Source of the DNA: Marsupella aquatica
Lineage: Eukaryota > Plantae > Marchantiophyta
Length of the DNA: 64,000 bases
Direction: 5' to 3'
NCBI GenBank assembly: GCA_973895155.1
Contig: OZ316891.1
Coordinates: 31,937,112 to 32,001,111, forward strand
This document shows, one piece after another, positions 51,461-64,000 of the stretch (the stretch's first letter is position 1; each line of letters opens with the position of its first letter). The position numbers were made by a program, and so were the translations under genes. The notes under the pieces are model-generated. The model did no database searches. It saw only the letters and a program-made list of their open reading frames with translations, and was not told the origin of the DNA.

Positions 51461-51749
51461 GCATCTTGAATCTTGCGTCACTTGGATGGCGTACTGACGT
51501 TGTCAATAATTGCAGCAAGTGATGGATTAGAGTCATTGTCAGATGCAGTCTTCGAGCAAAGGCGTTTCCGAATGGTTACGGTTTTTATGCTTACTGGTGG
51601 CAGTGCATCGTGAATCTTGTGTTGCTTGGATGGCGTACTGACGTTGTCAATAATTGCAGCAAGTGATGGATTTGAGTCGTTGTTGGATGTAGTCTTTGAG
51701 CAAAGGCGTTTCCGAATGGTTGCGTTTTTGATGCTTACTGGTGGCAGTG
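51461..51749. repeat. 144-bp tandem duplication
   Basis: GCATC.TGAATCTTG at 51461 and 51605. Confidence 0.85.
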
Positions 51750-52299
51750 GCGTGGCGTGGTTTTAGGCCGAGTGTGCAGTGATGGAGCTTCCCTTCTGTA
51801 CAACATCCATGGTTGCGGTATTCATGCCTTGCTACTCACCTCCATCTGTGTTGCAACTCCATTCAGACACTCCTAGGACCCAAATCGCATTCACTGTCCA
51901 ACCCACCATACAAGACTCTTATGTAAAGGCTGTGTCTCACATGCGATGCATGGTATGTCTCCAAGTTTCAGCATATGGACTCCCACAACATTTCTGGTTA
52001 AAGTGGAGGCTCCCATAACATTTCCGGTTAAACCATAGACTCCCATAGCTTTCATGTTGAAACCTTTAAACTCCGTTAGCATCAAATGTGTCACCATTCA
52101 ATTTTGGACGTGGGAAATGAGATACAAATTAAAGAAGACCAGGCTTCCTGATTAGAACTAATTCACTCTGTATAGTTGTGATATATTATTTACTCTCTAG
52201 ACTCAATGCTAATCCACACCCGGGTCTATGCCCGATCCGCCTCAAACTCTTGGGCCCGTAATGCCAGGTGTGGTAATTCAGCTTCCTCCTGTTGTTACC

Positions 52300-53400
52300 G
52301 CTCCTGAGCCTACGCCTGCCAAAAAGCTGCCTTCTGCCTTGCCTTATACTCCACCCCTTGGCACACTTGTAGGACCTCGCGATCCGGCTGTTCCTTTTGA
52401 TGTGTGGGATGTCGAGTTTCTGCTTCACAAATGTTGAATTGTGTTACCAGGTTGTCAAAATAATGGGGCCGTGATGCAGAACACGCGGCCGGTAAGGGCC
52501 TGTAGGAGAAGCAAAAACAACACTGACCGCAAATTCTTGCCCACGTAGTCAAAGAGGATAGTAGACACCTCAGAGTCACTAAGCCGTTGGGAAAATCTTG
52601 AGTGTGGATTCCACCAGAGCTGAAATGTGATGATGCTCAATACAGGAGTCTAGCTTAGCCCGAGTAAATTTACCCACCGGCGCCTCAATGAACTTGATAA
52701 ATTCATAGATCACCGGGTCGCCCCATTTGATGTAGATAGATTCCAACTGCTTGAAGTCTGGTTGGTTACACGGGTCAAAGTTTGCTTTGTAGTCATTCAC
52801 TACGGCATGTTTGTCAAGTGCCTTGAGAGGAGATCTTTGGAGCAGTTGTTGTTGGATGTCTTCCCCCAAGTTGGCGTTGAATTGAACCACAAAGAGAGCA
52901 TTAATTAGGCAGTTCGTCATGGAGTCCCAACTTAATCTCATTCTCCTGGTTGAAAGCTGACAGCCAATCTCTAGCCTGCCAGGAATTGAATTCCGATTCA
53001 AAGCCTAGTACCACCTTATTCCTAAAAATCCGTTGGCTACCCAGCTGTAGAATCTCCATGGGGGATGCAGAAGATTTCCTCATTGTCGGCCGTGGGAATA
53101 CTAGGTGGGTTAAGATTCTTCAGGTGGACAGGTCCACGGGAGGTGGCCTTTGTTGCGTGGCGGTGGATCACATTTGTAGATTTCAATGAGGTCGGTTTAG
53201 ACTTCCATTGCGAGTGGGCGCTGGCCATACCAAGACAAAACTTTTTCATATTTTTTTACAGAGCGTGAAAGCAGCCTTCAAATTAACTTACTGCCACTTC
53301 TGTCGCATTATAGTTCTAGCTCTCCTGCTATCTTCCTTTGTACCCGTCTCTTCTCTCTTCTGGTTGGAATTGCTGCTCGACTTAGCATTTCCTTCATATC
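52300..53400 (-). mobile_element. Decayed L1-type ORF1
   Basis: LFVVQF...LLQRSPL...NFDP (DUF4283-like) and a decayed CFCFSYRPLPAAC knuckle. Confidence 0.55.
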
Positions 53401-53444
53401 CGCGAGCGATGGCGGGCAATTTGCTCTCTATTGGACAGAATGCT

Positions 53445-56400
53445 TGACAGAATTCCACGATCACTTGTTATACATAGTTGATATATTCTTGTGTTCATTT
53501 TTCTTGTCCATTTGGAAATTGCACAAATTAACAAAAGTATCCATAAAGGTCTGTCATCGTAGAAAGTCAATTTTAAGCACTCCCTCGGAGGTGTAATTGT
53601 TCAGCATTTGTAAATACCTCGCACTATATATCACGACTGTACACATCGAATTAGTTCTACTCAGCCATTTCCCACGTCCAAATTTGAATGGTGACACTTT
53701 TGATTCTAACGGCGTTTAAAGGTTTCAACATGAATGCTATTGCTGCAAAAATGTTTAACCGGAAATGTTATGGGAGCCTACGAGCGACGAGCACATTAAG
53801 GAACTAGATTGAAGACGGGCAATAGGAATTCTAGAAGGCCAATACTTCCCGACCATAATACCATCCCAACCATGGCGCAGAAGGGAAATTGAAGGCGGCA
53901 AGCACATTAAGGAACCAAATTGAAGGCGGACAGGAATTCTAGAAGGCCAATGCTTCCCAACTATAATACCAGCCCAACCATGGCATTGAAGGGAATTTGA
54001 AGGCGTAGAAAGTGATGACGTCAAGTCAATTTTAAGCACTCCCTCGGAGGTATAATTGTTCAGAATTTGTAAATACCTCGCACTATATATCACGACTGTA
54101 CACATTGAATTAGTTCTACTCAGCCATTTCCCACGTCCAAAATTGAATGGTGACACTTTTGATACTAACGGAGTTTAAAGGTTTCAACATGAATGCTATT
54201 GCTGCAAAAATGTTTAACCGGAAATGTTATGGGAGTCTACGGTTTAACCGGAAATGTTATGGGAGCCTACGAGCGATGAGCACATTAAGGAACCAGATTG
54301 AAGACGGGCAATAGGAATTCTAGAAGGCCAATGCTTCCCAACTATAATACCAGCCCAACCATGGCGTTGAAGGGAATTTGAAGGCGTAGAAAGTGATGAC
54401 GTCAAGTCAATTTTAAGCACTCCCTCGGAGGTGTAATTGTTCAGCATTTGTAAATACCTCGCACTATATATCACGACTGGACACATTGAATTAGTTCTAA
54501 TCAGCCATTTCCCACGTCCAAAATTGAATGGTGACACTTTTGATACTAACGGAGTTTAAAGGTTTCAACATGAATGCTATTGCTACAAAAATGTTTAACC
54601 AGAAATGTTATGGGAGCCTACGAGCGACGAGCACATTAAAGAACCAGATTGAAGATGGGCAATAGGAATTCTAGAAGACCAATACTTCCCGACCATAATA
54701 CCAGCCCCACCATGGCACATAAGGGAATTTGAAGGTGAAGAGCACATTAAGGAACCAGATTGAAGGTGTGCGGCAGGAATTCTAGAAAGCCAATCCTTTC
54801 CGACTAAAATACCACCCCAACCATAGTGCAGAAGGGAAGGGTCTGTCGGCAATTTGAATTACTTGTTCCCAGGCTGCTTCCAAGTGCAAGCAAGCGTGGA
54901 CGTGGGTTCCCACTTTAGTTAGACAAACTGTAACTTTAGTTAGAGAAATTCATTGAACGTGGGACGAACAAAAGTATTGTGCTTGCAAAAAGAATAGAGA
55001 CAGTTTGTGTCTATCCCAACTTCATATTCTCGCTGCCTTTGGCAACAGAGAAGAAGATTTAATTGCACAATGAATTGGTAATACAGAGCGTACAATGGTT
55101 TTGGTGGGGACACTTGCCAACTCAATAACTTTGAGCTTTTAACTATGTTGTGGCCTACCTAATTATCGCTGAAAGTGCTCAGACAATAAATGTTCACCTA
55201 TTGCCGTAAAGTATAAACATTGTGCACGTTCAGTTCCGCTACTTGAATTTACTAAATCGAATTGGCAAGTGTTGGATTACACATCACTTCCCAAGTTAAA
55301 GCAACTTAAATTAGCTGGAGTGAGGGTCGCCACCTATTGGAATTTGGAACTGGAGTGCTTCTTGTGCACCACCATCAGCTTTGCCTCGGCTGACTTTTGG
55401 TGTAGTCCTCCCATCAAGCGTGCGTAGCCCCTGAGACACAGAAAAAAAGTTTGGAGCCATTTTGGGCTCCCACCACAAAGCAGCCAATTAAGAGTGTACC
55501 AAGGGTTAGCGCGAGGTGCAATACAATGCCCACAACAAGATAGATTAGGCAATTCAACCATACTACCCTGCTGTGCCTGTTTGTTCCCAAAAAAACCTTC
55601 ACCCCTACTGGAAGGTTGCCCATTCAACCTCCTTACAGTAGCAGACAGAACAAAAATCATCACAAGTAATCCAAAATGCAGACTACTGGACAGTACAGTG
55701 AGTACTTCTGATTATTATACAATAAGAGTGTTTTGGTCAGTGATGATGTGGTTTGTCAATAGCTTCTCATCCTACTTTATAAAAACAACAATGAGGACAG
55801 TCTGACTAGCACCGCATTTCTTCATTAATGAACATGTCTCTTTATGGTAGTCCACAAAACAAGACATTCCACTCGTAAACAAAATAAGACATTCCACTTA
55901 GAGGACCATTGCTCTCCTACTGTTCAACTGAGTAATCACTTATCAAAGTGGCTTCAAGTGTGGCTGTACGTTATAGAATACCCCCATCCCACGTACCCCC
56001 CTTCACCTTCAATACTGTAATTTGATACGTAAAGACTTTCATGACTTTTCTCTTTGTATATTTGAGTGCATTAATTCTCCATAATGCACCCCTTTTTTTT
56101 AGGAGGGGATTATACAAAACACCATAAATATAGTAAAAGCAAAAATTAAATATAGTTTTACCATACAAAAATAATAATTTAAATCTAGTCAAGATCTCAA
56201 GATGATAACCAAATCTTATATGGTGATACTAACACAATATCTATGAATTGAATCTAATATAACTAAAGAAGGTATATTTTTAGCCAATTCCATAGCAACC
56301 ACTTCTTGGATGACCCTTTAATTAAAATTTTCTATTTCAGGGATTCATTTTTTCTTGTTTGTTACCGAAAAGTCACTCAAGTTTTTACGTGCATTAATGT

Positions 56401-58110
56401 CCTAGTTACAGGCATTATATCCCACAATGCCCTCTAACCAGGACATTATGAATCCTATTAATACCCTTCAAAGCACATGGGCATTAATTTGCATTACCCC
56501 AGCACATGGTGGCTGTGCGTTTTGGAATACCCCATCCCTCCGTACCCCCCAACCTTCAAAATACTGTAATTTAATACATACATACCCTTCGGAGCACATT
56601 GGCACTTGCATTACCCCAGCACATGGTGGCTGTGCATTTTGGAATACCCCATCCCTCGTACCCGCAACCTTCAAAATACTGTAATTTGAAACATATATAC
56701 ATACCCATCCGAGCACATGGGCATTTGCATTACCCCAGCACATGGTGGCTGTGCGTTTTGGAATACCCCATCCCTCGTACCCCCCAACCTTCAAAATACT
56801 GTAATTTGAAACATACATATCCATCCGAGCACATTTGCATTACCCCAACACATAATTATATACAAGCCATCCAGATAGTGCACTTGTGATGCCTGTTGAA
56901 CTCAAATTGCCATCAGAAGCTATGGACAGAATACTTGATAGAATTCCACGATCACTTGTTATACATATAGTTCATTTTTCCTGTCCATTTGGAAATTGCA
57001 CAGATTAACAAAAGTATCCATAATGGTTTGTCATCGTAGAAAGTGATGACATCAAGTCAATTTTAAGCACTCCCTCAGAGCTGTAATTGTTCGGCATTTG
57101 TAAATACCTCACAGTATATATCACGACTGTACACATTGAATTAGTTCTAATGAGCCATTTCCCATGTCCAAAATTGAATGGTGACACTTTTGATTCTAAC
57201 GGAGTTTAAAGGTTTCAACATGAATACTATTGCTGCAAAAATGTTTAACCGGAAATGTTATGGGAGTCTACGGTTTAACCATAAATGTTATGGGAGCCTA
57301 CGAGCGACGAGCACTTAAGGAACCAGATTGAAGACGGGCAACAGGAATTCTAGAAGGCCAATACTTCCCAACCATAATACCAGCCCAACCATGGCACAAA
57401 AGGGAATTTGAAGGTGAAGAGCATTAAGGAACCAGATTGAAGGCAGGCAGCAGGAATTCTAGAGAGCCAATCCTTCCTGAAATACCACCCCAACCATAGT
57501 GCAGAAGGGAAGGGTCTGTCGGCAATTTGAATTACTTGTTCCCATGCATGCTGCTGCCAGGTGCAAGCAAGCGTGGACGTGGGTTCCCACTTTAGTTAGA
57601 CAAACCATATCGAAGAAATTCATTGAATGTGGGACGAACGAAAGTATTATGCTTGCAAAAAGAATAGAGACAGTTTGTGTCTATCCCAACTTCATATTCT
57701 CGCTGCCTTTGGCAACAGAGAAGAAGATTTAATTGCACAATGAATTGGTAATACAGAGCGTACAATGGTTTTGGTGGGGACACTTGCCAACTCAACAACT
57801 TTGAGCTTTTAACTATATTGTGGCCTACCTAATTATCGCTAAAACTGCTCAGACAATAAATGTTCACCTATTGCCGTAAAGTATAAACATTGTGCACGTT
57901 CAGTTCCGATACTTGAATTTACTAAATTGAATTGGCAAGTGTTGGATTACACATCACTTCCCAAGTCAAAGCAACTTAAATTAGCTGGAGTGAGGGTCGC
58001 CACCGATTGGAATTTGGAGCTGGAGTGCTTCTTGTGCACCACCATCAGCTTTGCCTCGGCCAACTTTTGGTGTAGTCCTACCATCAAGCGTGCGCAGGCC
58101 CTAAGACACG
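53445..58110. repeat. Complex duplicated block: 53445-55440 repeated at 56938-58110, with internal 380-460-bp tandem units; inverted copies at about 51000-52120
   Basis: AAGTCAATTTTAAGCACTCCCTC at about 53564, 54023, 54404 and 57054. 51960-52115 is the reverse complement of about 54125-54270. Confidence 0.9.
56461..56850. repeat. Tandem repeat of about 117 bp, about 3.3 copies
   Basis: GCATTACCCC at 56491, 56608, 56727 and 56837. Confidence 0.9.
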
Positions 58111-58841
58111 AATTGCAGCTCATGAGCTTCAAACGGTCTACAAGCATTACAAGCATTTGTGTGGCAATTCTAATGGTTGTTGTGAGCAATTGAAGGATAG
58201 ACTTATACTGCAGATAATAATGCCGGCAACCCCATCCCAATTTCCTCATTCCAATCAGTAGCATGCTCTGGTTTATTCCACAGCTCTTGTGGGGCCCAAT
58301 AGAAACTTCCAACCATGGCAACTCAAATGAGCAAGAAGCAGAAGAGGTATTCATCGATTTGACTAACCGGTGTTGCGACAACGCTCGCTCAAAAGGACTC
58401 AAACAATTCCAGTGCCAATTTTCAAGTGGCTCGCTCAGCCACTCGCTGCAAAGTTGCACAGCTACCTTCGGTTCTGCTGTTGCATGAAGACACAAAATTG
58501 GCCAGAAAATTTGCAAACAATTCTGTGAAGGAGAAACGATGCAGGTGGGGCAAGTTAATGGCCCGGGCTAAACTCAAAGCATCGATTCAGAGCTTGAAAG
58601 CGAACAAAATGGTAGTTGACTAAAAGTTTTTGCTGTGGTGGGTGTGTTGACCTCGCCACACAACAATTCACGGGACGACAGGGTGAAACAAGTTATAAAA
58701 AGTTAAGTTCCAAGATTTTTGGCACTTAACTTTCCAGTGAAGTACTCACAAAACGACGGACACTAACTAGAGATCGTTAGTGATTTTAACTATCAGATTT
58801 AACTATGAGTGCGAGTTGAGCCGACAGGAACCCTACGCCTA

Positions 58842-61800
58842 TTTTCTTTTGATTTCCTTGGAATGGTAGCCATTTTATAAATTGTTTCAGTTCCCCGCAA
58901 AAAGCCCCATGGGGAGGCAACCAAGACAGAACAGAGGGCCAAACCTCAAAAATCCAACCGAATCCCACCTCAGGCAAGGAATTAACCTCCCCGGAGACAC
59001 CTAATAGCAAAAGAGGACGACCAGCAACCCAAACACACACCACACAAACTCACAACCAACTTGAGGGCATCAATGCCCCCAGAACCATACATTCATTGGT
59101 CTCAACGTTCAAACATCACTGCAAAATCAGAGTCACCCAACGGAAGTGAAATTGATCCCCCCACTGCCAAGCCAGCTCCTGTGAAGCCCATCGATACATG
59201 ATTTGGCTCGTAGCAGGCGAGTGCACTTCCTACCCCGGGGGCAACGCCGACCAGCAGCAAATAAGTTCTCCACTGCCTCTGACAGGACAAGTCCCAGGTC
59301 AAACACACGTCTCTCCCCCGTCTGAAACATGTGAGTGTTTCTCCCAATCCAGAGCCTCCAGAGAATCTGGTGCAAGACAAAAAGTTGCGCCACTCGGATG
59401 GGCTCCCTCCCACAGGCTGCATCTAAAAGGGCCGTCAGCCCTTGTCCAATTGGCATATCCAGCGCACTCAACAAGGTCAAACAGAGACGCCAGCAGCAGA
59501 CAGCATGTGCACATTGGAAAAAAAGGTGAGGGATGGTTTCCAGCCGTCCGTTGCACACCTTGCAGTCACCGTTGCTCACCTCTAATCTAAGCGCACGGCC
59601 CCAGTGAACAAGCCCCCCACAATGATCCTCCATATAAAGTTCTTGCCTCTGGTTGGTAAATCCGATCTCCATAGTCTGGACCAGCTCTCATTCCATCCTC
59701 TCTCCTCTCGGGTAAGAGACCAGATCCTATTCAGGCGTTCGTGATTTGAGGTCTTGGGCCGCCGGAAGTCATACACTCTGCAATTCTGAATTCTAAAATC
59801 CTTCAATGGTTCAGGTCTATCTGTCCACCCCCACTGTTTGGCATACAGGAAGTACTCTGACCGGCAGTGTGAAGCGCTCCATATACTTTCCAAGAACTTC
59901 CAAGCGCTTCACACTGCCGGTCAGAGTACTTCCTGTATGCCAAACAGTGGGGGTGGACAGATAGACCTGAACCATTGAAGGATTTTAGAATTCAGAACTG
60001 CAGAGTGTATGACTTCCGGCGGCCCAAGACCTCAAATCACGAACACCCTAAAGCTCTGCAGAGAAGCCACGCATGTTGCTCCATCTAAGCGGGAGATCCT
60101 TCCAACATCCTTCCTCTGCCGACCAACCATCACCAATCGATCTCATTCCCAGCCGGCCACAGATTGTTGCAATGTCTGTAATGGCTGAATTAGGAAGAGA
60201 ATGAAAGCCCACCATGCATCTGAGTGTGTCAGTGATGCTCCACCGGGCAGGCGGCCCCCCCGGCCAGGCTCATAGGATAGATGGGCTCTCACTAGCTCCC
60301 AACATCGCCAGAGACCCGTAGTGTAGGGGAGCCCACTAAAGGAACGAGGTGTTAGTACATAAAAGCAACTGGTCCTGGAACTAAGGAGTATCCATTTCTC
60401 CTAATAACCTTGTAGTTCATCCACCCCAACAATCCCAGATTGGCCGCCAACATCTTGGACCATTCCATTTCTGGCGAGTTTAATACCCTAAAGCTCACCA
60501 TTGAGAGAGCACGGCATCAGAGTGGCTGTGGAAATCCCGAAATCCCAGTCCCCCCTCCACTCGTGGCAGTGCCATCCTGTCTCAAGCCACCAACGGAACC
60601 TTCTTCCCTCCTGAGTCGTTGTATCCCCATAGAAAATCTCTACTGAGAGCAATAAGCTTCTTGGCTAGACCAGCAGACGCCTTGCAATACATTACATGGT
60701 AGATCGGAATAGCAAGTAGTACTTGTTTAACTAGTAATGATTGGCCAGTAAAGGAAAGCAACTTGTTGGACCAAACAGCAAGCCTGGCACAAATTTTGTC
60801 GAGGCAGAATTTGTGCAATTGTTCCGTGCTCAAGCCCACCCCAAATGGTGCACCAAGATATTTTTGTATCTCCCCCCTTTGACTGATATTGGCAGCCCGT
60901 GTTATTCAGCCAAACAGGGACCTCCTCCATTGCCAATGGAATCACAACTGATTTCTTCAAATTCAGTCGAGCACCGCTAGCCTTCTCATAACAGTCAAGA
61001 GCAGTTGTTGCTTCCTCAAAAGCATTCTCAGTTACAGGGATAAACATCTCCACATCATCCGCAAACAATTTGTAGCAAATAGTGAGATCAAGCGAGATCT
61101 GCAAGCCACATAGTCTACCCGCTGCCAGCTCTGCATCAAGAAAATCCATGAGTGGCTGCATGGAAATAACAAATAGCAACGGTGATAAAGGGCAGCCCTG
61201 TCTTACCCCACACTTGAGCTCAAACATGTTAGATAGTAAACCATTCACCAAGGCACATGAAGATGCCTGAGCCAACAACGCTCTTACCAGTGTGATGAAA
61301 CGTCCGCTTATCCCTAGCAACTGCATACATTCCCATATATATTCATGCGAAACACGGTCAAAAGCCTTCTCAAAGTCTAATTTTAGAAACAATGCCTCTC
61401 GTCTCCTTTTGTGAACCCAATCACAGGCAAGCCAAGCAAGGGAAATGTTTTCTAAGATGTGGCATCCAGGGATAAATCCAGTTTGTTGCGGACTGATTAT
61501 CAAGTGTAGGATTGGTTTTCATTGCAAGGCGAGGATCTTGGCAATTAGCTTGTATATCGTATTTAGCATTGTCAATGGGCGCCAGTCACTTAACAAACGT
61601 TTGTCCGATTTCTTGGGTATGAATTTAACAATTCCTTCACAAATATCAGCATTGAGGGCACCCGTAAGCCAAAATTCCTGTATCATATCCACTAAATCCT
61701 GACCAATAAAACCCCAGCATGCTCTGTAAACCTCTGCTGTCATACCATCAGGCCCCGGTGTTTTGTCACTGGGCAAGAGCCACAGCACATCCTTCACCTC

Positions 61801-61871
61801 CTGGAATGTCGAGAGCTTCTCCATCTTTAAAATGTCTTCCCTTGAAAGGGCAAACCTTGTGTTGCTGAGCA
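58842..61871 (-). mobile_element. L1/Tx1-clade LINE ORF2 (RT plus zf-RVT) and 3' UTR, interrupted by an LTR element at 61872
   Basis: KTPGPDG, WRPLTMLNTIYK, LKLDFEKAFDRV, GVRQGCPLSPLLF, LFADD and CKVC...ETIPHLFFQC motifs, with an A-rich tail at 58842-58850. Confidence 0.95.
59737..60044. repeat. Near-perfect 142-bp inverted duplication with a 24-bp spacer, inside the LINE
   Basis: 59737-59878 is the reverse complement of 59903-60044, with one mismatch. Confidence 0.95.
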
Positions 61872-62274
61872 TGTTGGGTATTTACTCTTACGTCTAGGTT
61901 AGGTATGACGTGGTTGGTACAACAACGTGGGTTGGTACAACTACGTGATTAGGTACAACTATGTGGTTAGGTACAACTACGTGATTAGGTACAACTATGT
62001 GGTTAGGTACAACTAAGTTGCACACTATATCATAAGAGGCATGTGTGCTTGGAGAGGTAGAACCAAGGCTCATTGTTATGGAGCCACTTGAGAGATAGGG
62101 AGAGCTTACACTGTGGAGACTCGGTATAGCCAACGGGCTTAGAGTTTAGTAAAGCTCTCTTGTGTGTTCCCGTGGACGTAGCCTCAAGGAGGTGAACCAC
62201 GTATCTCTTGTGTCGACTATTGTGCGTTGGATGGTTCATGGGCTTGCCGTTGCGATCGTCGTCTATGCTCAACA
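61872..62274 (+). mobile_element. 5' LTR of a Ty1/copia element, with an internal 18-bp tandem repeat
   Basis: TGTTG...CAACA ends followed by the PBS; GGTACAACTA.GTG.TTA repeated about 6 times at 61915-62015. Confidence 0.95.
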
Positions 62275-62276
62275 AT

Positions 62277-62288
62277 TGGTATCAGAGC
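62277..62288 (+). promoter_or_regulatory. Primer binding site, tRNA-iMet
   Basis: TGGTATCAGAGC, 2 nt after the LTR end. Confidence 0.95.
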
Positions 62289-63605
62289 ATGCTTGGGAGG
62301 TGACGTGTGTTCGTGACGGGATTTCATGACGGTTTTTCCAGCGTTGAGTGTTGGTGGATTTTCCAGAGTTCCATCGCATGGAACTTGGAGTTTATGGGCT
62401 CAACGGATAGATCAGGGCAAGAGCTTTCTAACGGTGTGAAGAAATCGTTGAACGGAGCTCGTGGTGTAGAGAGATCTAAGTTTTCGTCGTTCTGGATTTT
62501 GTGAAGAAAGTTGGCAATCGACTCGGAGGGAGAAGCGTCAAGTGTTTTGACTCAACGGAGAGATTGAGGCAAGACGATTGTTTTTGAGTCCGGGATTGGC
62601 TCTTTGATGCAAAGAGGAAGGCTAAGCAAAATCAATTACCTTGTTGGACTTGGTGACGGCACCAAGTGCAATTGATCAACATTCGTTGTTGACAAGGTAC
62701 CATTTTTTTCTCTTTGAAAAACTGATTCGAAATTGGCTATGGCAATTGAGAGAAATCTGTCATCTTTACCAATTTTTTTCTCCCTCGTTCTTTCCTCGTT
62801 TTGGGTGCTTCTTATATCGATCTTCATCGCCTCGGAGTCTAGTTTCCAAATCTGAAATCGGATCTTGATTTCGTCAAAACCCGAGTGAGATATCTTGCGT
62901 TTGGTGTCGAGGGGTACATTCTGCCGTGTGTATTTTCTGCGCGCGCGACCAGATTTCGACGACGAAGGGTGGTAGGGGGTTTTGGGGGTTCGAGGACACA
63001 TGTCAGCCCCTCGATTGTTCTTCCAAAATTCCCACAGGGCCTGTACAAGGGTCATAGAATATTCCAAAAAACCAGAGAGCTATTTTTTGACCGTCCGACA
63101 AAGATTTCATCCGCCGAACGGTAACTTTTTTGGTTATTTTTCGGCGAGGTCATAGCCATTGAAGTTGGCAATGCAGCGCACCAATCACATCGCAATTCCG
63201 ACAACGGGTTGTACTTGGTATTTCGGTTATTCCCTGAGGTGGTCAAAACGGGGGAGTTTCCCAAGGTTTTACCCACCTCGACCAAAATTTGAATAACTTT
63301 TCCGTCAAATTTTGATTTTGATTTCGGTTTTCAGTATTGGACTCCTAGCTTTGTGGGCTACGCGGCGGTGTTGAGTTTCGAGTTTTTTGAGAAGTTGTGA
63401 AAAACAACATTTTTTGTGACTTTCTCATATGAGTGATTCGGAGGAGTTTTTTGAAGACGTGGAACTTGAAGCACGAGGATCACCGCGGAGGTTTCAGGGG
63501 CAGAGAGAGGAGCAGGAGGAAGAGCACGTGACACCGATACCATCACCGGTGCGGCGTGTGGTGGAGGAAGCAGTACTACTACCGGAGCTCACGGTAAAGA
63601 AGAAG

Positions 63606-64000
63606 ATGGGGACTTTCAAGCTTGGGGGACCCAAGTATGAAGTGACAAAGTATGATGGGCGCTCTGACTACTTGCTATGGGAGAAGCAGGTGAAGGGAGT
63701 GCTTTATGCGTCAGGGATGGGCCAACTGCTGAGCCCTCGTGAAGACGATGTTGATGAGAAACAATGGGACCGCATGCAGGAGCAGGGAGTGTGGTGTGTT
63801 ACACTCTATCTCATGCCTCCCATCATCAAGCAGTTGGGTGCACATAAGGATTGCATGTCCTTGTTTGCGGAATTGCAGAGCAAGTATCACCGCAAGGAGT
63901 TGTCGAACCGGCTCTACACTTCCTACAAACTGATGAGTTTCAGGATGAAGGAATCTGGTACGAAGTTGCAAGACCATGTGGATGCTTTCAACGACATGGT
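63606..64000 (+). CDS. gag: Copia (Tnt1/Tork-like) gag N-terminus, open to the window end
   Basis: MGTFKLGGPKYEVTKYDGRSDYLLWEKQVKGVL...NRLYTSYKLMSFRMKE..LQDHVDAFN, with no stops. Confidence 0.9.
   Translation, partial: MGTFKLGGPKYEVTKYDGRSDYLLWEKQVKGVLYASGMGQLLSPREDDVDEKQWDRMQEQGVWCVTLYLMPPIIKQLGAHKDCMSLFAELQSKYHRKELSNRLYTSYKLMSFRMKESGTKLQDHVDAFNDM

Noticed and set aside
56461-56850. CRISPR-like array, also considered for 4486-4610 and 61915-62015
   Set aside because: The whole units repeat with no unique spacers, the context is eukaryotic, and there are no cas genes.

Overview
This is repeat-rich, apparently heterochromatic land-plant DNA: it has TTTAGGG telomere repeats and Ty1/copia, L1, MITE and Helitron-like remnants. 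The ORF families suggest a non-seed plant such as a bryophyte, which is an inference. I found no intact cellular gene or RNA gene. Mobile content: a decayed copia element with nested insertions (about 25.7-30.6 kb), two solo LTRs plus the 5' LTR and gag of one copia family, an L1 ORF2 (58.8-61.9 kb), two L1 ORF1 remnants, several MITEs, Helitron-like ends and many tandem or inverted repeats. Three signals stand out. (1) Single TTTAGGG(T) units sit exactly at rearrangement junctions (28241, 38067, 60045), shown by comparison with paralogs or conserved reading frames, and TTTAGGG is enriched across the window. This suggests telomerase-like scars in double-strand-break repair. (2) A 2.3-kb block is bounded by inverted telomere repeats and TATATATA on both sides. 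(3) Two distantly homologous large ORFs (13.2-15.6 and 38.8-42.2 kb) share the same architecture and an uncharacterised C-terminal domain; one lies in a 5.4-kb TG..CA unit that looks like a giant coding LTR. All coordinates and alignments were read by eye; no database searches were run.
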